Source of the DNA: Chitinophagales bacterium
GTDB taxonomy: Bacteria > Bacteroidota > Bacteroidia > Chitinophagales > BACL12
Direction: 5' to 3'
Assembly (NCBI GenBank): GCA_020636645.1
Contig: JACJXO010000002.1
Location: 99,375-163,374, forward strand
DNA: 64,000 nt
Under the pieces are notes generated by a model. The model saw nothing but the letters and a program-made list of their open reading frames with translations. It was not told where the DNA came from and ran no database searches. Of this stretch, positions 23,476 to 33,462 are shown piece by piece. Position 1 is the first letter of the stretch; each line of letters begins with the position of its first letter. The translations under genes were made by a program, and so were the position numbers.

Positions 23476-26013
23476 ATGAAAACCAATTGGCTCTTGATAT
23501 TATTGACAATTTGCCATTCTGTTTATGGACAAACAAATTCAATATCAATTAGTGGAACAAACTATGATATTCAAGAGGATCTCTACGGAATCCATATTCA
23601 AAAATATTTTACCAATACATATACTAGCACAAGCTCAACAACATATGTTGGAATGGATCCAGAATTGGCAGAGGAGGGACTAATTGGACTTCAACCAGAA
23701 ATTGTTAGATTTCCTGGAGGCGGAAGTAGCAGATTTATGCATCCGCACCCGTCTTATGGTTCCAGCTACTCTTACGGTTGGAATCTAGTTGAGATATGTA
23801 ATTATTATGCGTATGTAATGGATGATTATTGTAGCTGTAATTGTGAGGAATTAGCTGCTACAGCTAGTGTTGACGGAACTTTTGACGATTTTGATGAGCT
23901 TGACGATTTTTTTTCAGAGATGGGAAGTGTAACTGATTGTTCAGATGCAGCAACTGATATGGAAAACAATGAAGGCGGTAGGTTAAGGGAAGTGATTAGC
24001 AATCAAAATGATGCCGCAAGTCCATATATTGATCAATTTATTACTCTAATTTTGAATATGGAGGATGAGCTTGAGAGAGATGTAGATGTTGTATACTGTG
24101 CAAACATACTTACGTCATCTGCCACGGAAATAGTTGAAACTTTAAATTATCTTATTACTTCGGGGGTTAATGTAGTAGCCGTTGAGCTTGGAAATGAAAC
24201 CTATTCTAACTTTAATGCTCCAGTTTTTAATGATGATATGAATTATAAAGGATTCGAAAATTATTGGGACTATATTAACGGAATTGGCTTGTCAGCGAGT
24301 TGCACTAAGTATGATGAATTAATTGCAAAGCCAAGAAATGGTAACACAGATCATGATTTTATTGATGCCATTAGAAGTACATATTCTTGGGGTATAAATA
24401 TAAAAATTGGAGTGCCAAGTATTGGACATGATGATTTTACCAATGTATTCAGATTTAGTGAGGAAGAGGAGGAGGAAGAGTTTACCCCCGGAACAATGCC
24501 AATGGGTTGCCCTGGAAGACATGGAGATTGGAATGCGGGTATACAGTCAAAAATGAGTGAAACAGTTGAAGTTTCAGGCATTGATTATCCTTCCTTTGAT
24601 GGCGTCGTAATTCACCCTTATTATGCTGACTATGACCTTTTTGATCGAATGGAGGCTATTGTATGTGCAGCTGGGGGTATTGAAGATGATGTACCAGACT
24701 GTGAGGATAATGAAATTCAGCAATTAACTGAGGAATATGATTTTTCGATGGTTGTAGAGGAACTTGATCCTGCATTCGACGGAAACTTGTTATTTACAAC
24801 TTACTTATTTTTAAAGAGAAATATGGAGTTGGCTGGTGTATCCAGTAACGATGGTTATTTTGAGCAGTTTATAAAAGCTATTCAAGATGATTATGGTTTT
24901 TTTGGAGGTGAATATGGAAAGGAACTTTGGACTACAGAATGGAATTATGCAAATCTTTCGGATGTGGTTCCATATGCTGGAGGTCCAAAAGATCTATTTA
25001 GCATATATGGTAATACTCTTTGGCAAGGTTATGTAGTATTTGAATATTTGATTAGGCAGATACAAGCAAATCTATTGTCTATTACAGATGATGATGGTCT
25101 AGGTTTTGATGCAGATTTTTATACTATTTCGACTATACATCATTTTTTGGGAGAATCAAATGTGCACCTTATATCCAATCGTAAGGATAATATTGGTGAT
25201 TATAATGCACCTGTCCTCGAAGATGATGAGTATGTTAGGAGGATTTCATTTTTGTCAATGGCAATGTTGGCACCTATTTTCAATCTTGATTTGAAATACA
25301 CTGCATGTTCATATGGAGGCGTTAACAAAAAGCTTTACTTAACTACATTTAATAAGTCTGGGGAATATTTTGTGTATTATGTTAACTTGAATAATACTGA
25401 TCAAGAAGTAACAATTTCAGGCTTAGATTCATATTATACTCCACCACCTATACCCATGGAATGTCCAACATGTTGGCGTCAACATTACCAGTTAAATTAT
25501 GTAGGTGGGGATGAATGTTATTTAGATAATTGCTATTTGTATAATACAATGGGATCATCATATTTGTTTGATACAGACTTCAACACATTTTATTCAGATC
25601 CTGCGGATATACCATTTACTATACAGCCTGACATAAATAAGGAGAATGTAATCTTGCCTTTGCCGGAGGAGGAAATGTCTGAGGATTTAAGTGTTATTCT
25701 ACCAAAAATGAGTTTCGGATATGTTTATATACCTGTTCATACCTGGGGCACTTTACGAGAAAGTGGTTATACCCAAAAGCTTATAGCATATCCAAATCCA
25801 ACAAGTTCCAATGTGCAAATTGAGTTATCAGATAGTATTTTTGGGGATATTGAAGTGTTTGATAATTTAGGCGCAATAGTTCTTCAATATAGCCCAAATA
25901 CATATGAAACACTCATTAACTTAGACTTGTCTAATTTGGCAAATGGCTTATATCATATTAAAATAGTTTTTAATGATATGGACGTTGAAATGATACCTAT
26001 AATAAAAAATTGA
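23476..26013 (+). CDS. Large AT-rich (horizontally acquired) T9SS-secreted protein. N-terminal region may be clan GH-A-like. Acidic, Cys-containing central region.
   Basis: Signal peptide. VAVELGNETYSNF (GNE motif). Poly-Glu stretch SEEEEEEEF. Canonical T9SS CTD (AYPNPTSSNVQIELSD...IPIIKN). GC is about 33%. Confidence 0.6.
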   Translation: MKTNWLLILLTICHSVYGQTNSISISGTNYDIQEDLYGIHIQKYFTNTYTSTSSTTYVGMDPELAEEGLIGLQPEIVRFPGGGSSRFMHPHPSYGSSYSYGWNLVEICNYYAYVMDDYCSCNCEELAATASVDGTFDDFDELDDFFSEMGSVTDCSDAATDMENNEGGRLREVISNQNDAASPYIDQFITLILNMEDELERDVDVVYCANILTSSATEIVETLNYLITSGVNVVAVELGNETYSNFNAPVFNDDMNYKGFENYWDYINGIGLSASCTKYDELIAKPRNGNTDHDFIDAIRSTYSWGINIKIGVPSIGHDDFTNVFRFSEEEEEEEFTPGTMPMGCPGRHGDWNAGIQSKMSETVEVSGIDYPSFDGVVIHPYYADYDLFDRMEAIVCAAGGIEDDVPDCEDNEIQQLTEEYDFSMVVEELDPAFDGNLLFTTYLFLKRNMELAGVSSNDGYFEQFIKAIQDDYGFFGGEYGKELWTTEWNYANLSDVVPYAGGPKDLFSIYGNTLWQGYVVFEYLIRQIQANLLSITDDDGLGFDADFYTISTIHHFLGESNVHLISNRKDNIGDYNAPVLEDDEYVRRISFLSMAMLAPIFNLDLKYTACSYGGVNKKLYLTTFNKSGEYFVYYVNLNNTDQEVTISGLDSYYTPPPIPMECPTCWRQHYQLNYVGGDECYLDNCYLYNTMGSSYLFDTDFNTFYSDPADIPFTIQPDINKENVILPLPEEEMSEDLSVILPKMSFGYVYIPVHTWGTLRESGYTQKLIAYPNPTSSNVQIELSDSIFGDIEVFDNLGAIVLQYSPNTYETLINLDLSNLANGLYHIKIVFNDMDVEMIPIIKN

Positions 26014-26114
26014 TCGTGCTTGTGATATGGTTCTCAGAGCGAATAAGATTATTTTTGTTAAATTGTAAATTACTCTTTTAATATCGTTATTTTCCTGCTG
26101 CTTACCTTTGCGGG

Positions 26115-27377
26115 ATGAATGTAATTGCGGGATACATGAGTCTGGATGAGGTGCGTGCCATGGATGCCACAGATCCGATGGCCTCCTTCAGATCACACTA
26201 CCATATACCTCAGCACGACGGAAAAGATGCCGTGTATCTGTGTGGCAACTCGCTTGGATTGCAACCTAAAAAGACACGACAGTATATAGAAGAAGAATTG
26301 AAAGACTGGGAGACACTTGGTGTGGAAGGTCATATGCACGGGCGTCATCCATGGTTCTATTACCACCATTTTCTGGAGGAATCCGTCGCCCGATTGGCGG
26401 GAGCATCTCCTCTGGAGGTAGTGATCATGAATACCCTCACGGTCAACCTCAATCTGCTGATGGTAAGCTTCTATCGTCCTACCAAATCACGCTATAAGAT
26501 CCTGATGGAATACATGGCTTTTCCGTCTGATCAGTATGCCATGGAAATGCAGGTGCGATACCACGGGTTCGATACGGCAGATGCCATCGTGGAAGTGAAA
26601 CCCAGAGAGGGTGAACACGCCCTGCGCACCGAAGACATCCTGCAGCTGATCGATGAACACCGGAATGAACTGGCCCTGGTTATGATGGGAGGGGTCAACT
26701 ATTATACCGGTCAGTTATATGACATGGCAACCATCACAAAAGCGGCGCATGATGCAGGTGCTCTTGCCGGTTTCGATCTGGCACATGCTGCCGGAAATGT
26801 ACCGCTGCACCTGCATGACTGGGGTGTTGATTTTGCCTGTTGGTGCACCTATAAGTATCTCAACAGCGGACCCGGTGGAGCAAGCGGCGTATTCATTCAT
26901 GAGCGGCATGCGCATGACGCCACGCTACCCAGATTTGCAGGCTGGTGGGGTAATGCAGAAGATACCCGCTTTCAGATGAAAAAAGGATTCCATCCGCAAC
27001 CCGGCGCTGCAGGCTGGCAGCAGAGCAATGCCCAGATCCTGCCCATGGCCGCCCATCGTGCCGCAATGGAATTGTTCGATCAGGCAGGTATGGATGCGCT
27101 GCGTACCAAAAGCCTGGCACTGACCGGACTGCTGGAGGAACTGTTGCAGATCCAGCCGGGAAAGTTCCACATCATTACCCCTGCAGATCCGGCACAACGC
27201 GGGTGCCAGCTGAGCATCCTTACAGGTGCGGGTGGCCGACAGTTGTTTGACAGACTGACGGCATCAGGTGTCATAGCAGACTGGCGTGAACCCAATGTGA
27301 TCCGGGTTGCCCCCGTACCAATGTATAACTCTTTTGAAGATGTATATCGGTTCGCAGAGCTGATGTATCAGGACTGA
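26115..27377 (+). CDS. kynU: Kynureninase.
   Basis: Class-V aminotransferase fold with a kynureninase-specific N-terminus (RAMDATDPMASFRSHYHIP...LCGNSLGLQPK) and PLP lysine region (CWCTYKYLNSGPGG). Confidence 0.85.
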   Translation: MNVIAGYMSLDEVRAMDATDPMASFRSHYHIPQHDGKDAVYLCGNSLGLQPKKTRQYIEEELKDWETLGVEGHMHGRHPWFYYHHFLEESVARLAGASPLEVVIMNTLTVNLNLLMVSFYRPTKSRYKILMEYMAFPSDQYAMEMQVRYHGFDTADAIVEVKPREGEHALRTEDILQLIDEHRNELALVMMGGVNYYTGQLYDMATITKAAHDAGALAGFDLAHAAGNVPLHLHDWGVDFACWCTYKYLNSGPGGASGVFIHERHAHDATLPRFAGWWGNAEDTRFQMKKGFHPQPGAAGWQQSNAQILPMAAHRAAMELFDQAGMDALRTKSLALTGLLEELLQIQPGKFHIITPADPAQRGCQLSILTGAGGRQLFDRLTASGVIADWREPNVIRVAPVPMYNSFEDVYRFAELMYQD

Positions 27378-27922
27378 GACTGTACTTCCTGCCAGGTTTC
27401 TTTTGCCTGGATCAGATGTCGCAGCTCATGTTGTGTCATGATGTCAATGGCCCCTCCAACGGTATAGGTAATGAATTTTCCTGCCGGAGAATGAATGATG
27501 ACATTCTGTTCCACCAGATCCTGAGCTTCGGTAATCCACCTTTTAAAGTCTTCCTGTTGCTGCAGAAACCGGTTTACGATACCAGGTTCTATTGAACTGG
27601 CAGATGGTTCCCAGATCGGGCGGGTCTTGTTCTTCTTCCGGTTATCAGGATGAATGGAACTATAAATGGTGCGATACCAGAAACGGGTCATGAAGGGACG
27701 GCTTCCCAACCAACCGGGTTTCCACTGACCGTTGCGAACAGTTCTGATCACTGGAATGTAGCTTTCGTTGATCAGGATCAGATGCTCCAACACCTGGGCC
27801 ACACTCCAGCGGTCTGGTGCAGGTTTTATGTTCAGTGAAAGGTCATCGGCAGTACCAAACAGTTCTTCCACCTGTTCAGAAACCTGGCTGATAACCTGCA
27901 TCCATTTCTCGTGGTTGTTCAT
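27368..27922 (-). CDS. DinB/YfiT-like (DinB_2) metal-dependent hydrolase family protein.
   Basis: WSVAQVLEHLI...HELRHL four-helix-bundle DinB_2 signature, about 180 aa. Confidence 0.6.
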   Translation of the reverse strand: MNNHEKWMQVISQVSEQVEELFGTADDLSLNIKPAPDRWSVAQVLEHLILINESYIPVIRTVRNGQWKPGWLGSRPFMTRFWYRTIYSSIHPDNRKKNKTRPIWEPSASSIEPGIVNRFLQQQEDFKRWITEAQDLVEQNVIIHSPAGKFITYTVGGAIDIMTQHELRHLIQAKETWQEVQSQS

Positions 27923-28009
27923 GGGTTAAAGGTAGTGGTTAGTCATCACCGGATGCTGCGTCCAACCAAAGTCACCTGTAAGTGATAACGCATTCCCTAC
28001 TTTTGTCTC

Positions 28010-29350
28010 ATGCAGGTTAAAAAGATCGCCATCATGGGAGCAGGTCTGGTAGGCTCCTTGCTCAGCATTTATCTGAAACGCCGTGGGTATGAAGTACAGG
28101 TGTATGAACGGCGTCCTGATCTTCGTTCTACCGGTGCTGCCGGCGGACGTTCCATCAACCTGGCCATCAGTGACCGGGGCTGGAAGGCACTGGCCGGTGC
28201 AGGGCTGGAAGAACAGATCAGAAAACTGGCCATACCCATGCATGGCAGGATGATGCACAGTGTGGAAGGTGGGCTCACCTTTCAGCCTTATGGTCAACCC
28301 GGGCAGTTCATCAATTCGGTATCACGCGGGCAACTGAACATAGATCTCATGAATGCCGCAGAATCTGCCGGAGTGCCCTTTCATTTTGAGCAACGGGTTT
28401 TGCGGATGGATGTGGAAGCAGGGAAAGCAACCCTGGAAAATCTTACAAACCAGGATCGCTATGAATTGGAGGCCGATCTCATCATTGGCGCAGATGGTGC
28501 CTATTCCATGGTGCGCAACAGCCTGATGAAGACCGATCAGTTCAACTACAGCCAGCTCTATGAATCTCATTGCTATAAAGAACTGAGTATTCCTCCTGCT
28601 CCGGATGGTGGATTCCTTATAGATAAGAATGCTTTACATATCTGGCCCAGGAAGAGCTTCATGCTCATAGCCCTGCCCAATCTGGATGGCAGTTTTACGG
28701 TAACCCTGTTTGCACCCACCAAAGGACCGGAATCATTTGAAACGATCACTACACCGGAATCACTGCAGGTATATTTTCAAAAATACTTTCCGGATGTGTT
28801 GCCCCTTATGCCAGACCTGGAAGCAGATTTCTTTGGCAATCCGACAGGCTCACTTATGACCGTGAAATGTTTCCCCTGGACTGTGGGAAATGGCATGCTC
28901 ATTGGCGATGCAGCCCATGCAGTAGTGCCATTCTATGGCCAGGGGATGAATTGCGGGTTTGAAGACTGTACCGTGCTGGATGAGTTGCTGAATACCCTGG
29001 ATGACAACTGGTCAAAGGTCTTACCTGCCTATCAGGAAAGCCGCAAGCCCAATGCCGATGGTATAGCAGATCTGGCCAGGTTGAATTTTATTGAAATGCG
29101 TGACCTGGTGGCTGACCCTGACTTTCTGTTCAAACGAAAGATAGCCGGAAAAGTAGCAGCCACACATCCTGACCGCTTCATACCAGTGTACAGTATGGTA
29201 AGCTTCAGTCATCTGCCCTATGCTGACGCATTAAAGGAGTACACCAGGCAGGATGAAGTGCTGTCTGATGTGATCACCTGGCCCCATATCGGGGAAAAAT
29301 GGGACAATGAGTACCTGCCCAGGATAACCGAATTGTTGCAGAATCAATAA
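28010..29350 (+). CDS. kmo: Kynurenine 3-monooxygenase (FAD-dependent).
   Basis: N-terminal Rossmann motif IAIMGAGLVGS. DG motif GADGAYS. GD motif IGDAAHAVVPFYGQGMN. 446 aa. Confidence 0.85.
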   Translation: MQVKKIAIMGAGLVGSLLSIYLKRRGYEVQVYERRPDLRSTGAAGGRSINLAISDRGWKALAGAGLEEQIRKLAIPMHGRMMHSVEGGLTFQPYGQPGQFINSVSRGQLNIDLMNAAESAGVPFHFEQRVLRMDVEAGKATLENLTNQDRYELEADLIIGADGAYSMVRNSLMKTDQFNYSQLYESHCYKELSIPPAPDGGFLIDKNALHIWPRKSFMLIALPNLDGSFTVTLFAPTKGPESFETITTPESLQVYFQKYFPDVLPLMPDLEADFFGNPTGSLMTVKCFPWTVGNGMLIGDAAHAVVPFYGQGMNCGFEDCTVLDELLNTLDDNWSKVLPAYQESRKPNADGIADLARLNFIEMRDLVADPDFLFKRKIAGKVAATHPDRFIPVYSMVSFSHLPYADALKEYTRQDEVLSDVITWPHIGEKWDNEYLPRITELLQNQ

Positions 29351-29380
29351 AAAAAGCCCGGCCTCAGGCCGGGCTTTTTG
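29351..29380. terminator. Bidirectional intrinsic terminator (AAAAAGCCCGGCC-tca-GGCCGGGCTTTTT) between convergent kmo and a lipoprotein gene.
   Basis: 13-bp GC stem flanked by an A-run and a T-run. Confidence 0.8.
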
Positions 29381-29397
29381 CTATATGAATAGGGTTA

Positions 29398-29790
29398 TCA
29401 GTTTCCGCCTCGCTTGTTGATATCCTTCTTGACGGTCTTTTCTGCATCTGAACCACCGCGGTCAGTTACCTTTTTCTCTACCTGGGTAGAACCACCACGA
29501 TCATTTACAGATTTGTCGTCGCTCTTGGTATCTGTTGTGGTTGTAGTGGTAGAAGTAGATGACTTGGTGCTGCCGCTGCTGGTCTTGTTGGCAGGAGCTG
29601 ACATTTCTTCCCACATCATGTGCAGGTTGGCAATAGAGTCCATCAACATGGCCTTGTCAGCCTGGCAGAGGCTGTCGGCGGCTGCCATGTCCATTTTCAG
29701 TTTTTCGATCTCTTCAGCTGCCTTTTTGTCGGTACATGAGGCAACAAGCAGGCCCAGAGAGAAAATGATAGCGAGATTCCTGATTTTCAT
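29398..29790 (-). CDS. Small Ser/Thr-rich lipoprotein, hypothetical.
   Basis: MKIRNLAIIFSLGLLVASC lipobox, then a poly-T/S low-complexity region. The true start is the internal Met at about 29790. Confidence 0.5.
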   Translation of the reverse strand: MKIRNLAIIFSLGLLVASCTDKKAAEEIEKLKMDMAAADSLCQADKAMLMDSIANLHMMWEEMSAPANKTSSGSTKSSTSTTTTTTDTKSDDKSVNDRGGSTQVEKKVTDRGGSDAEKTVKKDINKRGGN

Positions 29791-29888
29791 TGTTAAGATT
29801 TTAAAATTTGGAATAATATTTGACAACAAAAGTAAGAATAACCAAAATCCTAAGGTTAATTTTGCACCTAAATTTAAACGTTAACGTC

Positions 29889-30554
29889 ATGAAAAGAATG
29901 AAAATTTTAGTTCCAGCCCTGTTTTTGGGTGCCGGAGTACTGTTTATGACCGGTTGTGGTACCGATGATCTGGATGCCCCGGTGGTCACACTCAACGGCG
30001 ATAACCCACAGATCATCGATCTGGGCGATGCTTACACAGAAGCTGGCGCCATTGCTACCGATAACGAAGACGGAGATATCTCTGCTTCTATCGTTACTGA
30101 TGCTACAGGAGTAAATACCGCCATGGTTGGCAAGTACACTGTAACCTACACCGTAGTGGATGAAGCCGGCAACACCGGTACCGCAGAACGTGATGTATGG
30201 GTTCGTGCAACTGCAGATGACTATGTAGGTTTCTTCACCGTTACCGAAAACTGTATCGGCAGCATCGATCCTTATGAGATCAACATCGTTAAGATCAACG
30301 CCACTACTGTACGGGTATCTAACCTGGGCGATTTTGATGCCGGTGAGACCCTGTTTGACATGGAACTGAGCGGCGACCTGAACGACGTGGTTACCATCAA
30401 TGATTCTGATGATAATGATGCCACACTGTTCTGTACAGCTTCAGGTTCACTGGTTGACGGTATGAGCGGTGCTATGCACTTCAACGTCTCCTATACCTTT
30501 GACGATGGTACTGACTCCTTCACCTGTTCTGATGTAGATATCGAACAGAACTGA
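29889..30554 (+). CDS. Lipoprotein with a DUF5011/HYR-type Ig-like domain.
   Basis: MKRMKILVPALFLGAGVLFMTGC lipobox. VVTLNGDNPQIIDLGDAYTEAGAIATDNEDGDIS...YTVTYTVVDEAGN is typical of DUF5011. Terminator hairpin at 30578-30604. Confidence 0.6.
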   Translation: MKRMKILVPALFLGAGVLFMTGCGTDDLDAPVVTLNGDNPQIIDLGDAYTEAGAIATDNEDGDISASIVTDATGVNTAMVGKYTVTYTVVDEAGNTGTAERDVWVRATADDYVGFFTVTENCIGSIDPYEINIVKINATTVRVSNLGDFDAGETLFDMELSGDLNDVVTINDSDDNDATLFCTASGSLVDGMSGAMHFNVSYTFDDGTDSFTCSDVDIEQN

Positions 30555-30616
30555 TTCAGATCAAATCTTAGAGATGACCCCGGCCTTGTGCCGGGGTTTT
30601 CTTTTACCTTTAAGCC

Positions 30617-31240
30617 ATGCGCTGGTTTGTCCTTTCAGTCCTCCCTTTGATCTGGTCCTGTGAAAGACCTGATACCATCGCTCCGCGTATTACCCTCCTG
30701 CCGGACCCGCAGCCTGTTCATTATCTGGATGAACCGTATGTGGATCCGGGTGCTTCGGTGCTGGACAACCTCACCTGCAATACCGAAGGCATGCTGTACA
30801 CAGATTCGCAGGTGGACGTATCGCACTACGGATCTTACCAGGTCATCTATACAGCCACCGATGAGGCAGCTAACAGCCAGACCGCTGTTCGCGATGTAGA
30901 TATCGTGCTGGCCACCACGAACTACCACCACCTCTACTACCAGGCTACTGACACCTGTACCTCAGGCATCTATACTTATGTGGGTCTGATTCAGGATTGC
31001 GATTGCGAAGGGCAGGAAGTGACCGTAGCCAATATCAGCAACTTCGGTTTGTCAGCCACTTTTGATCTGCCTGTTACCGGCACTTATAATGAGATACTGG
31101 AACTGGATACACTCAAGACAGGCGTGTACTTCCTGGGTAATGCCACCATGTCATCAGGTGCAGATACCCTTTTCTGGACCTACACCATCACCGCCGATGG
31201 CGATGAAGATGTGTGTCATAGCCAGTGGGTGAAGGAGTGA
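30617..31240 (+). CDS. Second DUF5011/HYR-type Ig-like domain lipoprotein (paralog).
   Basis: LIWSC lipobox-like N-terminus. PRITLLPDPQPVHYLDEPYVDPGASVLDN...YQVIYTATDEAAN matches the same fold as the upstream gene. Confidence 0.55.
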   Translation: MRWFVLSVLPLIWSCERPDTIAPRITLLPDPQPVHYLDEPYVDPGASVLDNLTCNTEGMLYTDSQVDVSHYGSYQVIYTATDEAANSQTAVRDVDIVLATTNYHHLYYQATDTCTSGIYTYVGLIQDCDCEGQEVTVANISNFGLSATFDLPVTGTYNEILELDTLKTGVYFLGNATMSSGADTLFWTYTITADGDEDVCHSQWVKE

Positions 31241-31243
31241 TCT

Positions 31244-32758
31244 TTATTCCGTATCCTGAATTCCTGAATCAGCATCTCTTTTTTCATTCCCATCCCCCTT
31301 CAGATAACTGGGCAGATTCAGTCCGGCCATATCGAAGAGATCATTGAGTGGTGGCACCGTACGCATCAGCCCGGAAACAAAATTGGCAGTGGAACCCTGA
31401 CCACTTTCTTTATCATTACCAGAATCCCAGACAGTGATCTTGTCGATCTTGATATTCTTGATGGCTTCCACCTGTGTCTTAACCAGCTCGGGCAATTTCT
31501 CTATCAGCAATAAATGGAATGCTTTTGTAGGATCACCGCCAGCAGCAGCCACTACTTCACGGTAACCTTCGGCCTGTTTGGTCAGGATCTCATAAAGACC
31601 TTTTGCCTCGGCCTCCATTTTCGCATAGATGGCATCAGCTTCGCCCTTGGCATTTTCACGCACAGCTTCGGCAATGGCCTGAGCCTCAATGATCGCTTTT
31701 TGCTTGGAGATCTCAGCAGGTATCACCACGTTAGCCACCTGAGTAGAACGTTCCCGCTCACTTCGGGCTGTCTCCGCTTTTTGCTCTGCCTGGTAGGCAA
31801 GTTCCAGGGCTTTGGCCTGCTGAACTTTCTCAGCTGTGATGGCCACCCGTAAGGCCTCAGCCTCCTTTTCCCGCCTGTTTGCATCTGAATTGGCAATGGA
31901 GATCTTGGCGGTATTCTCTCCTTCAATTGCAAATGCATTCGCTTCAGATGTTTTGATACGGGTATCTCTGTCTGCTTCCGCTTTTCCGATAGCCTCATCT
32001 TTGTGCGCAGAGGCAATACTCACCTCCCGGTCTTTCTGTGTTATGGCGATCTTCACATCACGGTCTCGATGAGTTTCTGCTATCTGTACATCTTTCTCCC
32101 TGTCTGCAAGAGCCTTCCCGGTCTCCCCGATCTTTTCCTGTTCGGCCACACTGATCTTGGCATCGTTGATGGCTTTTGCGGCTGCTTCCTTTCCAAGTGC
32201 TTCAATGTAACCCGATTCATCTTTGATATCTGTTACGTTCACGTTGATGAGTTTCAGGCCGATCTTCTTCAGCTCTGAATCCACATTCTTCGAAATATTC
32301 TCCAGGAATTTATCGCGGTCTGAGTTGATCTCTTCGATCGTCATGGTAGCAATGACCAGACGCAGCTGACCGAACAGGATGTCTTTAGCCAGTTCCTGGA
32401 TCTGTTCTGAAGAAAGTCCCAGAAGACGTTCTGCAGCAGTGTTCATATTGTCAGCCTCAGTAGAGATGGCGATCGTGAACCGACAGGGCACATCGACCCG
32501 TATATTCTGCCGGCTCAGGGCGTTGGTGAGGTTGGCTTCAATAGACAAGGGCTTCAGGTCCAGGAATGCATAATCCTGTACTACAGGCCAGATAAATGCA
32601 CCACCACCATGTATACATTTGGCGGATGTACCACCCGTCCGGCCATAAATGACCAGGATCTTGTCTGAAGGGCAGCGCTTGTACCTTGATACCAGCACGG
32701 AAACGGTCACAAAGAATACGATCGCCGCTACAACAACGATGATAACAGGAGAAACCAT
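31244..32758 (-). CDS. Flotillin-family SPFH protein (YqiK/FloA-like).
   Basis: N-terminal TM helix, SPFH/band-7 domain, long Ala/Glu-rich coiled-coil (flotillin) repeats. Confidence 0.8.
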   Translation of the reverse strand: MVSPVIIVVVAAIVFFVTVSVLVSRYKRCPSDKILVIYGRTGGTSAKCIHGGGAFIWPVVQDYAFLDLKPLSIEANLTNALSRQNIRVDVPCRFTIAISTEADNMNTAAERLLGLSSEQIQELAKDILFGQLRLVIATMTIEEINSDRDKFLENISKNVDSELKKIGLKLINVNVTDIKDESGYIEALGKEAAAKAINDAKISVAEQEKIGETGKALADREKDVQIAETHRDRDVKIAITQKDREVSIASAHKDEAIGKAEADRDTRIKTSEANAFAIEGENTAKISIANSDANRREKEAEALRVAITAEKVQQAKALELAYQAEQKAETARSERERSTQVANVVIPAEISKQKAIIEAQAIAEAVRENAKGEADAIYAKMEAEAKGLYEILTKQAEGYREVVAAAGGDPTKAFHLLLIEKLPELVKTQVEAIKNIKIDKITVWDSGNDKESGQGSTANFVSGLMRTVPPLNDLFDMAGLNLPSYLKGDGNEKRDADSGIQDTE

Positions 32759-32769
32759 AGATATTTATT

Positions 32770-33339
32770 TTATATTTTTTCTACAATGAGAATTCTGTCG
32801 CTTTCCAGTCGCAGTACACGAACCGGGGTGCCTGATTCTATCCGGTCGCCGTCGGTCAGCGCTTCTAGTTCATGGGTGGAACCCTTGATGCTGATGAGAA
32901 CTTTTCCGATCCCCGCTTTCTGTCCCGGAATAGGTGTATAGGCTTCTCCAACTTTATCCAGTGTGTCCTGGTAGGTAAAGGAATTATTCTCCGCCAGTTT
33001 GATAAGTTGCTGCATCAGCCAGAGGAAGACCAGTACGAACAAGCCGCCGATCAGGGCAGACACCACGATCAGGAGCAAGGAATTGTGGATGGTACCAAAC
33101 AGAGAAATACCTGACCAGCTGAATCCAAGGAGGAAATGGATGAGGCTTCGGAAAGACAGGAGCTGAAATGGTGCATCGGCACCGTCCAGATCGCTGTCAA
33201 AATCTGCTGACATGCCGTCACCGCCGTCAGTCCCCATAAAGGTCATGATGGTCTGAATCAGAAAAATAATACTTACCGGAAGGGCAGTGTACCAGAAGAT
33301 CTTCAGTACCGGGTCCAGGTTTTCAAAGAAATGTATCAT
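32770..33339 (-). CDS. NfeD-family membrane protein (YqiJ-like) partner of flotillin.
   Basis: Multi-TM N-terminus plus a C-terminal OB-fold (GTPVRVLRLESDRILIV). Immediately upstream and co-oriented with flotillin. Confidence 0.7.
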   Translation of the reverse strand: MIHFFENLDPVLKIFWYTALPVSIIFLIQTIMTFMGTDGGDGMSADFDSDLDGADAPFQLLSFRSLIHFLLGFSWSGISLFGTIHNSLLLIVVSALIGGLFVLVFLWLMQQLIKLAENNSFTYQDTLDKVGEAYTPIPGQKAGIGKVLISIKGSTHELEALTDGDRIESGTPVRVLRLESDRILIVEKI

Positions 33340-33462
33340 GGGTGTTTGTCCGGTAAATATATTCTGTAGGGAAGTAAAATGAAAGCCATGAATGATATTA
33401 TGTGCAAACTGGTCTTACAATTCTCTGCCGGAAATATGGCCTTGCAACAAGTATGACCAGGG

